This document shows positions 26,544 to 36,919 of a stretch of DNA of 64,000 bases, piece after piece. The position numbers were made by a program, and so were the translations under genes. The notes beneath the pieces were generated by a model. That model saw nothing but the letters and a program-made list of their open reading frames with translations, did no database searches and had not been told where the DNA came from. Position 1 is the stretch's first letter. Every line of letters starts with the position of its first letter. The stretch spans positions 1,056,001 to 1,120,000 of the forward strand of contig CBDBGH010000003.1 in assembly GCA_965205265.1 (NCBI GenBank). Direction: 5' to 3'. This stretch comes from Alphaproteobacteria bacterium (lineage in GTDB: Bacteria > Pseudomonadota > Alphaproteobacteria > Bin95).

Positions 26544-29457
26544 CGAGCCGCGCCCCTTCGCGGTCATAGAAGACCGGATCGACGATCTGCACCCGGCTCT
26601 CGCCTGTCGTGGCCGAGGCCCAGACCCGGTCGCCGTGGCGCGACCGGCCGCCCTTGACGAGCGCCAGCGCGAAGCCGCGCTCCATCGCCGCGCTCCAGTA
26701 GCTGGAGGTCACATGGCCCAGCATCGGCACGGGCGGGGTTCCGCGCGGCGCCTCGATAATCTGCGCCCCTTCCTGGAGCACCTCCGAGGGATCCTCCGGC
26801 AGGAGCCCGACCAGCTGCTTGCGGTCCGGCCGCCGGCTGTCCGGGCGAGCCAGGGAACGCCGGCCGATAAAGTCCTTGCGGGAAGACACCATTCGTTCCA
26901 TGCCGAGATCGACGGGCGTCACCGTGCCGTCGGTCTCGTGTCCGACGACGATGAAGCCCTTTTCGGCCCTCAGCACATGCATCGCCTCGGTGCCGTAGGG
27001 CACGGCGCCCGCTTCCACCAGTTTCTCCCAGACGGGCGCGGCGCGCCGCCAGGGCAGGTTCACCTCGTAGGAGAGCTCCCCGGTGAAGGCGATGCGGAAG
27101 ATGCGGCCCGGCCCGCCGCCGATCCGGCCTTCGCGCATGGACAGGAACGGGAAGGCCGCCGGGTCCAGGTCGATATTCTCGACGAGCGGCTCCAGCAGCG
27201 TCCGCGCGAGCGGCCCCGACACGGTGATCGTGCCCCATTGCTCGGTGACCGAGGTGCAATAGACCCGAAGCTCCGGCCACTCGGTCTGGAGCCATTCCTC
27301 CAGCCATTCCAGCACGGCGGCGGCATTGCCGCTGGTCGTGGTCATCAGGTAGCGGTGCTCGCCGGTCCGGGTCGTGACACCGTCATCGAACACCATGCCG
27401 TCCTCGCCGAGCATCAGCCCGTAGCGGCAGCGCCCGACGGCGAGCGTTTTCCAGCCGTTCGTATAGATGCGGTTCAGGAACTCGGCCGCGTCGGGGCCGC
27501 GAATGTCGATCTTGCCGAGCGTGGAGGCGTCGAGAATGCCGGCGGCCTCGCGCACGGCGCGGCACTCGCGCGTTACGGCCTCGCGCATGCTCTCGCCGCC
27601 GCTCGGGTAGTAGCGCGCCCGGAGCCACTGGCCGACCGGCTCGAAGACCGCCCCGTTGGCTTCCTGCCAGTCCTGCATCGGCGTGCGGCGCACCGGATCG
27701 GCGAGCGCGCCCACATGGCGTCCCGCCAGCGCGCCGAAAGGCACCGGCGTATAGGGCGGCCGGAAGGTGGTGTGGCCGATTTCCGCCGGGGGCCTGCCGA
27801 GGCCGGCCGCCATCAGCGTGAGCCCGTTGATGTTGGAGGTCTTGCCCTGGTCGGTCGCCATGCCGAGCGTCGTCCAGCGCTTCAGATGCTCGACCGAGCG
27901 CATGCCCTCGCGCCTCGCAAGCGCGACATCGGCGGCGGTCACGTCGTTCTGGAAATCGACGAAGGCCTTGCCCTGGCCCTTCGGCGGCGCGGGCGCCGCG
28001 CCCGGCCGGGCGGGTGGACACTCCGGCAAGGCCGGCGGCTCCGGCGCGTCGAAGCCGAGCTCCCGGGCGAAGGCGGCGCCCGCTTCGGCTCCCTGGGCGA
28101 TACATCCTTCCGGATCGAACCGGCCGGCCGCCGCGCCGACGGACCGCTCCGCCTGGGCCGAACGGCCGGGAACGAATGTCTGCAAGCCGTCGTCCCAGCG
28201 CAGCATCCCGCGGGACTGGCTGAACAGATGCACCGCCGGGTTCCAGCCGCCGCCCATGGCAACCAGGTCGCAGGCGATCCGCCGCGTGGACCCGCCCGCC
28301 TCGATCTCGATCCCGGCTACGGCGCGGCGCCCGAGGGTTCGCAAGGGAACCGCGCCGCGCAGCACGGGCAGGCCGTCCGCGTCCGCTGCGCCGTCCGCGC
28401 GCAGATCGACAAGCGCCGCGACTTCGCCGCCGTGGCGGACGAATTCGCGGGCGGCGGCATAGACGGAATCGTCATTGGCGAGAAAGACCGCGCGGCTGCC
28501 CGGCAGCACGGCGTAGCGGTGGATAAAGGCGGTGACGGAGCGCGCCAGCATGACGCCCGGACGGTCATTGCCGGGAAAGACCAGCGGGCGCTCATGCGCG
28601 CCGGTCGCGAGCACTACCCGGCGGGCGCGGACATGCCATATGCGCTGGCGCGGCCGGCCGGCGCGTTCCGAAGGCGGGAGGCCTTCCGTCAGCCGCTCGG
28701 CCAGCGCCACGAAATTATGGTCGTAATAGCCGAAGGCCGTGGTGCGGGGCAGCAGCAGCGCCGATGTGCCGGCCAGCATGCCCTCGGCCCATGCCGCGCC
28801 CTCTTCGTCCCCGACGCGCTCGGGCCCGTCCAGCAGGGAGCCGCCGGGACGCGGGCGCTCGTCCGCCAGCATGACGCGCGCGCCGGCCGCCGCGGCTGCA
28901 TGGGCCGCGGCAATGCCCGCCGGGCCGCCGCCCACGACCAGGATGTCGCAATGCGCGTGGCGGTGTTCGTAAACCTCGGGGTCCGGCTCTTGCGGCGCGC
29001 GCGCCAGCCCCGCCATGCGCCGGATTGCGGGCGCATAGATCCGGTTCCACCAGGAGGGCGGCCACATGAAGGTCTTGTAATAGAACCCGGCGACGAACAG
29101 GCCCGATACGAGCCCGGTCGCCGCGCCGAGATCGAAGCGCAGCGACGGCCAGCGGTTGACGCTCTCGGCCGCGAGCCCGTCGTAAAGCTCGATCTCGGTA
29201 GCGCGCAGGTTCGGTTCCGCGAACGGACCCGGCTCCAGCAGGACGAGCGCGTTCGGCTCTTCCGCGCCCGCCGCCATCGCGCCGCGCGGCCGGTGGTATT
29301 TGAAGCTGCGTCCGACGAGGCGCACGCCATTGGCGAGAAGGGCGGATGCGAGCGTGTCGCCGGGATGGCCGGTGTAGCGCCTGCCGTCGAAGCGGAACGC
29401 GAGGGAGCGGGACCGGTCGATCCGGCCGCCGGCCGGCAGGCGGCGCGGGCCTGTCAC
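26536..29457 (-). CDS. soxA: Sarcosine oxidase subunit alpha
   Basis: GDTLASALLANG, RSFKYHRPRG, VEHLKRWTTLGMATDQGK, GcvT-like C-terminal domain; GTG start overlapping the soxD stop. Confidence 0.95.
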   Translation of the reverse strand: MTGPRRLPAGGRIDRSRSLAFRFDGRRYTGHPGDTLASALLANGVRLVGRSFKYHRPRGAMAAGAEEPNALVLLEPGPFAEPNLRATEIELYDGLAAESVNRWPSLRFDLGAATGLVSGLFVAGFYYKTFMWPPSWWNRIYAPAIRRMAGLARAPQEPDPEVYEHRHAHCDILVVGGGPAGIAAAHAAAAAGARVMLADERPRPGGSLLDGPERVGDEEGAAWAEGMLAGTSALLLPRTTAFGYYDHNFVALAERLTEGLPPSERAGRPRQRIWHVRARRVVLATGAHERPLVFPGNDRPGVMLARSVTAFIHRYAVLPGSRAVFLANDDSVYAAAREFVRHGGEVAALVDLRADGAADADGLPVLRGAVPLRTLGRRAVAGIEIEAGGSTRRIACDLVAMGGGWNPAVHLFSQSRGMLRWDDGLQTFVPGRSAQAERSVGAAAGRFDPEGCIAQGAEAGAAFARELGFDAPEPPALPECPPARPGAAPAPPKGQGKAFVDFQNDVTAADVALARREGMRSVEHLKRWTTLGMATDQGKTSNINGLTLMAAGLGRPPAEIGHTTFRPPYTPVPFGALAGRHVGALADPVRRTPMQDWQEANGAVFEPVGQWLRARYYPSGGESMREAVTRECRAVREAAGILDASTLGKIDIRGPDAAEFLNRIYTNGWKTLAVGRCRYGLMLGEDGMVFDDGVTTRTGEHRYLMTTTSGNAAAVLEWLEEWLQTEWPELRVYCTSVTEQWGTITVSGPLARTLLEPLVENIDLDPAAFPFLSMREGRIGGGPGRIFRIAFTGELSYEVNLPWRRAAPVWEKLVEAGAVPYGTEAMHVLRAEKGFIVVGHETDGTVTPVDLGMERMVSSRKDFIGRRSLARPDSRRPDRKQLVGLLPEDPSEVLQEGAQIIEAPRGTPPVPMLGHVTSSYWSAAMERGFALALVKGGRSRHGDRVWASATTGESRVQIVDPVFYDREGARLDG

Positions 29458-29744
29458 GCCGCCGTCTCCGGCAGGTCGGGGCGGGGCGCCCCCATGGGAT
29501 AGACGGCGACCACCTCGTGGCTCACCGTGTGGCGGAGCAGGTTGAACCATCGCCGGCAGCCCTGGGCATGCATCCAGCGCTCGGCATGGACGCCTTTCGG
29601 GTTGGCGCGCATGAACAGGTAGTCCGCCCAGGCCTCGTCGGAGAGCGCGTCCGGGTCCTCCGGCCGTGCGATATGCGCTTCGCCGCCGTAATGGAACTCC
29701 GTTTCGTCGCGCCCGCCGCACCAGGGACATTCGATGCGCATCAT
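29454..29744 (-). CDS. soxD: Sarcosine oxidase subunit delta
   Basis: IECPWCGGRDETEFHYGGEAH, WMHAQGCRRWFN. Confidence 0.95.
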   Translation of the reverse strand: MMRIECPWCGGRDETEFHYGGEAHIARPEDPDALSDEAWADYLFMRANPKGVHAERWMHAQGCRRWFNLLRHTVSHEVVAVYPMGAPRPDLPETAA

Positions 29745-29758
29745 GGCCGGCTTCTCCC

Positions 29759-31009
29759 CTAATGCGCGACGGCGGCGGCGCCGTGCTCGTCGATCAGCGC
29801 GCCGGAGGCGAAGCGGTCGAGGGCGAAAGGCGCGTTCAGCGCATGCGGCTCGTCCCGCGCGACTGTGTGGGCGAAGGTCCACCCGGAACTCGGCGTCGCC
29901 TTGAAGCCGCCCGTGCCCCAGCCGCAATTGATGTAGAGGCCCTCGACCGGCGTTTTCGAGACGATGGGCGAGGCGTCCGGGCAGACATCGACGATGCCGC
30001 CCCAGCTCCTGAGCAGGCGCGCGCGGCTGAAGGCGGGGAAGAGCTGCATCAGTGCCGCGAGCTGGTCTTCCAGCACATGCAGCCCGCCGCGCTGGCCGTA
30101 GCTGTTGAAGGAGTCGATGCCGGCGCCCAGCACAAGCTCGCCCTTGTCGGACTGGCTGATATAGACATGCACCGCGTTCGACATGACGACGCAGTCGAGC
30201 ACCGGTTTCAGCGGCTCGGAGACCATCGCCTGCAGGGGGTGGCTCTCGACCGGCAGGCGCAGGCCCGCCATCTCCGCCAGCACCGAGGAATGGCCGGCGG
30301 CCACCAGCGCCGCCTTCTTCGCGCCGATGAAGCCCCGGCTTGTCTCGACGCCCGTGACGCGCCCGCGCACCTGACGGATGCCGGTGACCTCGCAATGCTG
30401 GACAATATCGACGCCGCGCGCATCCGCTCCGCGCGCATAGCCCCAGGCAACCGCGTCGTGCCGGGCGACGCCGCCGCGCCGCTGCAGGGTCGCGCCCAAT
30501 ACCGGGTAGCGCACCTCGGGCGAGATGGAGATCGGCGGGCAGAACGCCTTGACGCCCTCGGCATCCAGCCATTCGGCGTCCACGCCGTTCAGCCGGTTGG
30601 CGTTCACCCGGCGGATGGACTCCCGGACATCGTGCTCGGTATGCGCCAGGTTCATCACGCCGCGCTGGCGCAGCATCACATTGAAGTTGAGCTCGCGGGA
30701 GAGACCTTCCCAAAGCTTCAGCCCGTGCTCGTAGATCGCCGCGCTCTCGTCCCAGAGATAGTTGGAGCGGATGATGGTCGTGTTGCGCGCGATATTGCCG
30801 CCGGCGAGCCAGCCTTTCTCCAGCACCGCGACATCGGTGACGCCATGCTCCTTCGCCAGGTAGTAGGCCGTCGCCAGCCCGTGGCCGCCGCCGCCGACGA
30901 TCACGACCTCATAGGCCGGCCGCGGCTCCGGCGAGCGCCAGAGCTCCGGCCAGTCCCGGTGGCCGGTCAGCGCATTGCGCGCCAGAGAGAAGATCGAGTA
31001 ACGCGCCAT
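29759..31009 (-). CDS. soxB: Sarcosine oxidase subunit beta
   Basis: [54 protein letters not shown]. Confidence 0.96.
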   Translation of the reverse strand: MARYSIFSLARNALTGHRDWPELWRSPEPRPAYEVVIVGGGGHGLATAYYLAKEHGVTDVAVLEKGWLAGGNIARNTTIIRSNYLWDESAAIYEHGLKLWEGLSRELNFNVMLRQRGVMNLAHTEHDVRESIRRVNANRLNGVDAEWLDAEGVKAFCPPISISPEVRYPVLGATLQRRGGVARHDAVAWGYARGADARGVDIVQHCEVTGIRQVRGRVTGVETSRGFIGAKKAALVAAGHSSVLAEMAGLRLPVESHPLQAMVSEPLKPVLDCVVMSNAVHVYISQSDKGELVLGAGIDSFNSYGQRGGLHVLEDQLAALMQLFPAFSRARLLRSWGGIVDVCPDASPIVSKTPVEGLYINCGWGTGGFKATPSSGWTFAHTVARDEPHALNAPFALDRFASGALIDEHGAAAVAH

Positions 31010-31204
31010 GAAGCGACGCCCCCCGGAGCGAACGGGCCGCAGATAACCCCGGCGGCTCCCGGCCTTCAACCTATTGCGCGTCCGGAACCTGCGCAATTGC
31101 GACAAGCTACCCGGCGCCTTCTCCCAATTGGCGCCCGGGCTTCTCGGAAGCTAAACTTGCGTCGGTCCCCTTCCGGCCGTTCCACAGCATTGCGAGGCAA
31201 AGTC

Positions 31205-32017
31205 ATGGCGTTTGTCGAAACGGAAATCCACGGCCAGACCATGGTCGTCCGGCTCAACCGGCCGGAGCGTCTGAATGCGCTCAGCACGGCGATCCGCCAG
31301 GGCATGGCGGAGGCGTTCTCGGAGTTCCGCGACAATGATGGCCTGGAAGTCGCGATCCTGACCGGGACGGGCAGGGGCTTCTGCGCCGGCGAGGACATGA
31401 AGGAGTCCGTCGAGCGCGGCGATGTGGGCTCGCCGGACGACGACCCCGACGACCCCTTCGCCGATGGCACGCTGCAAAAGCCCGTCATCGCCGCCGTCAA
31501 CGGCTTCGCGATGGGCGGCGGCTTCATGCTGGTCGAGCGCACCGACCTGCGCGTCGCGGTCAAGGGCGCGCTGTTCGAGATTTCGGAAGCGAAACGCTGG
31601 CTGCTCGGCGGCTACAATCACGGCTTCATCGCCAACCTCCCTTATCCCGTCGCGATGGAAATGGCCTTCGGCTTTCGCTTCACGGCCGAGCGCTTCCACG
31701 AGCTCGGCTTCATCAACCGGCTGGTCGAGCCGGAGGAGCTGATGCCGACCGCATTGGAAATGGCCGACCATCTGCTCAGCCTGCCGCCGGCCTCGCGCGT
31801 CAACACGCTCCACATGATGCGCCAGATGCGGCCGGCGGTCTCGCCGCCGCTGGAGCGCCTGGCTGCGGCATTGCACGAGCATGGCTGCCTGGAGGACCGG
31901 ATGGAATCCCGTCGGGCCTTTGCAGAGAAGCGCAAGCCCGAGTTCAAGGGCTGGAACGACCCGGCGGACCGCTACCGCATGCCGACCCTCGAATCCGTGA
32001 TGGCCGGGGACGACTGA
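31205..32017 (+). CDS. Enoyl-CoA hydratase/isomerase family protein
   Basis: LNRPERLNAL, FCAGEDM, KPVIAAVNGFAMGGG; start trimmed to MAFVETE. Confidence 0.9.
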   Translation: MAFVETEIHGQTMVVRLNRPERLNALSTAIRQGMAEAFSEFRDNDGLEVAILTGTGRGFCAGEDMKESVERGDVGSPDDDPDDPFADGTLQKPVIAAVNGFAMGGGFMLVERTDLRVAVKGALFEISEAKRWLLGGYNHGFIANLPYPVAMEMAFGFRFTAERFHELGFINRLVEPEELMPTALEMADHLLSLPPASRVNTLHMMRQMRPAVSPPLERLAAALHEHGCLEDRMESRRAFAEKRKPEFKGWNDPADRYRMPTLESVMAGDD

Positions 32018-32063
32018 CGCTCCCGGCTTCCGCAAAGCGACATCAATCCAAGGAGCCGATTCC

Positions 32064-33275
32064 ATGACCGGTCGACCGGGCCCGCTTGCGGGCGTCAAGG
32101 CCGTCGCCTGCTCGACTGCGCAGGCGGGCACGGTGCCCTACATGCTGATGGCCGATCTGGGCGCCGAGGTCGTCAAGATCGAAGTGCCCGGCACCGGCGA
32201 CGGCTCGCGCGCGGCCGGCGAGATCAAGGGCGGCGTCAGCTCCTTCTTCGAGACCAACAACCGGGGCGTGAAGAGCCTGACGCTCAACCTCAAGTCGGAC
32301 GAGGGCCGCGCGATCCTCCACAAGCTGGTCGCGGACGCCGATGTCTTCGGGCAGAATTTCCGCCCGGGCGTCGCCGAGAAGAACGGCTTCGACTACGAGA
32401 CGCTGAAGGCGATCAATCCCGCCCTGGTCTATGTGTCGATATCCGGCTACGGGCAGGCGGGGCCTCATGCGCATCTGCCGGGCACGGACGCGGTCGGCCA
32501 GGCGCTCGGCGGCGTGACGGAGGCCTATGCGGGGCCCGGCGAATCCATGCGGACCGGCATCGTCTCGGTCGCGGACGAATCCTGCGCGCTGCTGGCGTTC
32601 GGGGGGCTGCTGGCGGCGCTGCACTGCGCGAGGACGACCGGCGTCGGCCAGAAGGTCGAAACCTCGCTGGTGGCGGGCGTCGTGCGCCTGATGGGTTGGA
32701 CCCTGACGACGACCATGTGGCGGAACCGCAACCCGATCACCGGCACGCGCATCAACGGCACCCGCGAGCGGCCCGGCATCGCCGCCAGTTTCAACGATAT
32801 CGACGGGCGCCCGCTCGTCTTCCAGCTCGACCACCGGGACTGGAAGCGCGCCATGGAAGCGCTCGGCTTCTACACGGTGCTGGAGGAACGCGGCGCCGAA
32901 GACCTGGGGCTGGCGATCGTGTCGGAAGAGAAGAAGGACCTGATCCTGTCCACGCTCGCCGAACTGTTCGCGACCGGCAGCCGGGAGCGCTGGGTGGAAC
33001 TGCTGCGCGCCGCCGACATCGTGTCCGCGCCGATCAACACGCTGCTGGAAGCCTCGAACGACCCCGATGTGCTGGCGAACGGCTATGTCGCCGAAAAGCA
33101 CTATCCGGAGATCGGCGAGACGCTGAAGGTCCACGGCACGCCCTGGCGCTTCTCTGAAACGCCGGTGCAGATCGGCGTTGCGCCGAAGCTCGGCGAGCAC
33201 AGTGAGGAAATCCTCGGCCGCCTCGGCTATGACGAGGCTGCGCTGGAAGGCTTGCGCGAACGCAAGGTCATCTGA
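32064..33275 (+). CDS. Class III CoA-transferase (divergent)
   Basis: MADLGAEVVKIE, NRGVKSLTLNLK, QNFRPG, SVADE. Confidence 0.9.
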   Translation: MTGRPGPLAGVKAVACSTAQAGTVPYMLMADLGAEVVKIEVPGTGDGSRAAGEIKGGVSSFFETNNRGVKSLTLNLKSDEGRAILHKLVADADVFGQNFRPGVAEKNGFDYETLKAINPALVYVSISGYGQAGPHAHLPGTDAVGQALGGVTEAYAGPGESMRTGIVSVADESCALLAFGGLLAALHCARTTGVGQKVETSLVAGVVRLMGWTLTTTMWRNRNPITGTRINGTRERPGIAASFNDIDGRPLVFQLDHRDWKRAMEALGFYTVLEERGAEDLGLAIVSEEKKDLILSTLAELFATGSRERWVELLRAADIVSAPINTLLEASNDPDVLANGYVAEKHYPEIGETLKVHGTPWRFSETPVQIGVAPKLGEHSEEILGRLGYDEAALEGLRERKVI

Positions 33276-33310
33276 AGCTTCTCTCTTCTCGAAGGAACCG
33301 GGGGCATTCC

Positions 33311-34507
33311 ATGACGGGTCCGCTTGCCGGCGTCACCGTGCTCGATTTCACCCGCGTGCTGGCCGGCCCGTGGTGCACGCTCGCGCTGGCCGATCTCGGC
33401 GCCGAGGTCATCAAGATCGAGAACCCGAAGGGCGGCGACGACACGCGCCGTTTCGACGTGCGCGAGGAACTGGCGGGCGAAAGCGCCTATTTCGTCTTCG
33501 CCAACCGCAACAAGAAGAGCCTCGCGCTCAACATCGCCGCACCGGAGGGCCGGGAGGTCGCGCGCCGGATCGCCGCCCGCGCCGACATCCTGGTCGAGAA
33601 CTTCCGGCCCGGCGTGATGGCGCGGCTCGGTCTCGACTTCGAGAGCCTTCGCGAAACCAATCCGGGCCTCGTCTATTGCTCCATCTCCGGCTACGGCCAT
33701 GCGAGCCCCTTGCGGGAAGTCGCCGGCTACGACCCGGTGGCGCAGGCCGAGGGCGGCATGATGGCGATCACCGGCGAAGCCGATGGCGGGCCGTTGCGCA
33801 CCGGCATCTCCTATGCTGATATATTCAGCGGATATAACGCTTTGCAGGGCGTTCTTGCCGCGCTTTACCATCGCGAGCGGACCGGCGAGGGCCAGGCCAT
33901 CGACATCGCGCTGCTCGACGGCGCGGTGGCCTCGCTCGCCAACCAGGCGCAGGTGACGCTCATCACCGGCCGCGACACCGGGCGCTACGGCAACGACCAT
34001 CCGTTCCTGGAGCCGTTCGGGTTGGCCGAGACCGCCGACGGGCCGCTCTATCTCGTCATCGGCAATGACCGGCAGTGGGAGCGCTTCTGCCGGGACGTGA
34101 TCGGGCGCCCGGACCTGGTGGACCACCCCCGTTTCCGCGATAACGCCGCCCGCCTCGCCAACCGGGAGGAGAACCGGGCGGTGCTCGCGGAGATTTTCGC
34201 CGCCGACACCCGGGCCGGCTGGATGGCCAGGTTCCGCGCCGCCGGCGTCCCCGCAGGCGCAGTCCGGAGCATTTCCGAAGCGCTGGCCGCGCCGGAAGTA
34301 CGCGCCCGCGGCATGGTGCAGCCGGTGGACCATCCCAGGGCCGGCCGATTCGAGGCCGTGGCCTCGCCGGTCCATCTCTCCGCCACTCCGACCGCAGCAC
34401 CCGTCGCTGCGCCGACGCTCGGCCAGCACACGGACGAGGTGCTGGCCGCCTTCGGCTACGATGCGGAGGAGATCGCCCACTTCCGCGCCGACGGCGTCGC
34501 CGCCTGA
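33311..34507 (+). CDS. Class III CoA-transferase (CaiB/BaiF)
   Basis: DFTRVLAGPW, NRNKKS, ENFRPG, SYADIFSG. Confidence 0.93.
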   Translation: MTGPLAGVTVLDFTRVLAGPWCTLALADLGAEVIKIENPKGGDDTRRFDVREELAGESAYFVFANRNKKSLALNIAAPEGREVARRIAARADILVENFRPGVMARLGLDFESLRETNPGLVYCSISGYGHASPLREVAGYDPVAQAEGGMMAITGEADGGPLRTGISYADIFSGYNALQGVLAALYHRERTGEGQAIDIALLDGAVASLANQAQVTLITGRDTGRYGNDHPFLEPFGLAETADGPLYLVIGNDRQWERFCRDVIGRPDLVDHPRFRDNAARLANREENRAVLAEIFAADTRAGWMARFRAAGVPAGAVRSISEALAAPEVRARGMVQPVDHPRAGRFEAVASPVHLSATPTAAPVAAPTLGQHTDEVLAAFGYDAEEIAHFRADGVAA

Positions 34508-34570
34508 ACGGACGGCCCGCCGACCCGGCGTTTGCGCTAAGGTGGCGGCGCTTCATACGGGGGACCGGAC

Positions 34571-36886
34571 ATGCCTGACGGGACGCAGACCTCATTCGGG
34601 GCAAGCCATTGGGGCGCCTTCACGGCCGAAACGAAAGACGGGCGGCTGGTCGGCGTGAGGCCGTTCGACAAGGACCCGAGCCCGGCGCCTTTCATCCGGG
34701 CGCTTCCCGATGCCGTCCATGCCGAATGCCGCATCGCAACGCCTGCCGTGCGCAAGTCCTGGCTGGAGGACGGGCCGGGCGCCAATACCGCCGCACGCGG
34801 CGCCGAGCCTTTCGTGCGGGTGAGCTGGGAGCGCGCGCTCGACCTGGTGGCGGCCGAGCTCCAGCGGGTCCGGAAGGCGTACGGCAACGAAGCCATTTAC
34901 GGCAGTTCCGGCTGGGGCAGCGCAGGCGTTTTCCACAATGCGCGCAGCCAGCTTTCGCGTTTCCTGAACCTCCATGGCGGCTTCGTGGACCAGGTGACGA
35001 GCTTCAGCGTCGGCGCGGCGAGCGTCATCGTTCCGCGCATCGTCGGTTCGATGCAGCCGGTGTTCGGCCCGGTCAACACATGGCCCGCGATTGTGGAGCA
35101 CACGGAGCTGATGGTGGCGTTCGGCGGCATGCCGCCCAAGAACGCCATGGTCAACCAGGGCGGCGTCGGCGCGCACGACGCTCCCGACTGGCACCGGCGC
35201 GCGGCGGAATCCGGGACCCGGTTCGTGTGCATCGGTCCGATCCGCGATGACACGGCGGCCGACATCGGGGCCGAGTGGCTTCCCGTGCGGCCCAACACCG
35301 ACCTCGCGGCGATGCTGGGGCTCGCGCACACATTGCTGGAGGAAGGGCTGCATGACGCCGGTTTCCTCGCCCGCTATTGCACCGGGTTCGACAGGCTGGC
35401 CGCCTACCTTCTCGGCGAGGCGGACGGAACCGCCCGCGACGCCGACTGGGCCGCGGATATTTCCGGGATACCGGCCGGGACGATCCGCGGCCTCGCGCGC
35501 CGGATGGCGTCTTCGCGCACGCTGATCGGCGTCAGCTGGTCGGTCCAGCGCGCCGACCGCGGCGAGCAGCCCTACTGGATGACCATCGCGCTGGCGGCGA
35601 TGCTGGGCCAGATCGGCCTGCCCGGCGGCGGGTTCGGCTTCGGCTACGGTGCCATGCACGGCATCGGCGACCCGACCCGGCAGGTGGCGCCGCCCGGGCT
35701 TCCCAGGGGAACCAACGCCATCGCCAATACCATCCCGGTCGCGCGGCTGGCGGACATGATGCTGGGCCCGGGCGCGCCCTACCGCTTCAACGGAGAGGAC
35801 CGCCGCTATCCCGACACAAGGCTGATCTACTGGTGCGGCGGCAACCCGTTCCACAAGCACCAGGACCTGAACAACCTGCTCAAGGGCTGGGCGAAACCGG
35901 ACACGATCGTCATTCACGAGCCCTGGTGGACGCCGGCGGCCAAGCGGGCCGATATCGTGCTGCCCTGCACGACCACGCTCGAACGCAACGACATCGCGGC
36001 CTCCCAGTTCGACCGCTTCGTTACCGCCAGCCAGCAGGCCATCGACCCGGTGGGCGAGGCGCGCAGCGAATACGACATATATACCGGCCTTGCCGGGCGG
36101 CTCGGATTCGCGGACGCCTTCACCGAGGGCCGCAGCGAGATGGAGTGGCTGCGCCACCTCTACGACCTTTACCGCCAGCGCGTTGCCGGGGACGGCATCG
36201 AAATGCCGGGCTTCGACGCCTTCTGGGAAGCCGGCCATTTCGAGATTCCGGTGCCGGCGAGCCCGCCGGTCCCCTTCGCCGATTTCCGCGCGGACCCCGC
36301 AGGCGCGCCGCTCAACACCCCGTCGGGACGCATCGAGATCTACTCCGAGACCATTGCCGGGTTCGGATATGACGACGCGCCGGGCCATCCGACCTGGGCG
36401 GAGCCGGTGGAGTGGCTCGGCAGCGCCAGGGCGGAGCGTTTCCCGCTGCATATGCTCTCGAACCAGCCGCGCGCGCGCCTCCACAGCCAGCTCGATTGCG
36501 GTTCGGTCAGCCGGGCTGCGAAGGTCGCGGGCCGCGAGGCGATGCGCATGAATCCCGCCGACGCTGCGGAAAGGGGCATCGCGGACGGCGACGTCGTGCG
36601 CGTCTTCAACGACCGGGGCGCCTGCCTTGCCGGCGCCGTCCTCAGCGATGCGATTCGCCGGGGCGTGGTCGAGCTCGCGACCGGCGCCTGGTTCGATCCC
36701 GTCGATCCGGTGGTGCCGGGCAGCCTGGAAAAGCACGGCAACCCCAATGTGCTCACCACCGACAAGCCGACCTCGACGCTTACCCAGTGCAGCGCCGCCC
36801 AGACCGCGCTCGTCGAGGTCGAGCGGTTCGAAGGCGAGCCGCCCGAGATCACCGCATTCACGCCTCCGACGGTTCTCGAAGCGTGA
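34571..36886 (+). CDS. Molybdopterin oxidoreductase, BisC/TorA/DMSO reductase family; no Tat signal, so cytoplasmic
   Basis: ASHWGAF, FVRVSWERALDLVA, SFSVGAA (Mo-Ser), ADIVLPCTTTLERNDI, HGNPNVLT. Confidence 0.92.
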   Translation: MPDGTQTSFGASHWGAFTAETKDGRLVGVRPFDKDPSPAPFIRALPDAVHAECRIATPAVRKSWLEDGPGANTAARGAEPFVRVSWERALDLVAAELQRVRKAYGNEAIYGSSGWGSAGVFHNARSQLSRFLNLHGGFVDQVTSFSVGAASVIVPRIVGSMQPVFGPVNTWPAIVEHTELMVAFGGMPPKNAMVNQGGVGAHDAPDWHRRAAESGTRFVCIGPIRDDTAADIGAEWLPVRPNTDLAAMLGLAHTLLEEGLHDAGFLARYCTGFDRLAAYLLGEADGTARDADWAADISGIPAGTIRGLARRMASSRTLIGVSWSVQRADRGEQPYWMTIALAAMLGQIGLPGGGFGFGYGAMHGIGDPTRQVAPPGLPRGTNAIANTIPVARLADMMLGPGAPYRFNGEDRRYPDTRLIYWCGGNPFHKHQDLNNLLKGWAKPDTIVIHEPWWTPAAKRADIVLPCTTTLERNDIAASQFDRFVTASQQAIDPVGEARSEYDIYTGLAGRLGFADAFTEGRSEMEWLRHLYDLYRQRVAGDGIEMPGFDAFWEAGHFEIPVPASPPVPFADFRADPAGAPLNTPSGRIEIYSETIAGFGYDDAPGHPTWAEPVEWLGSARAERFPLHMLSNQPRARLHSQLDCGSVSRAAKVAGREAMRMNPADAAERGIADGDVVRVFNDRGACLAGAVLSDAIRRGVVELATGAWFDPVDPVVPGSLEKHGNPNVLTTDKPTSTLTQCSAAQTALVEVERFEGEPPEITAFTPPTVLEA

Positions 36887-36919
36887 GGGGAGCGCTTCTC
36901 CGTCCGCCGGGAGTGAGCG

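Noticed and set aside
31010-31204. Possible riboswitch or regulator site between soxB and the crotonase
   Set aside because: Only a weak GC-rich inverted repeat; no recognisable glycine or THF riboswitch consensus.
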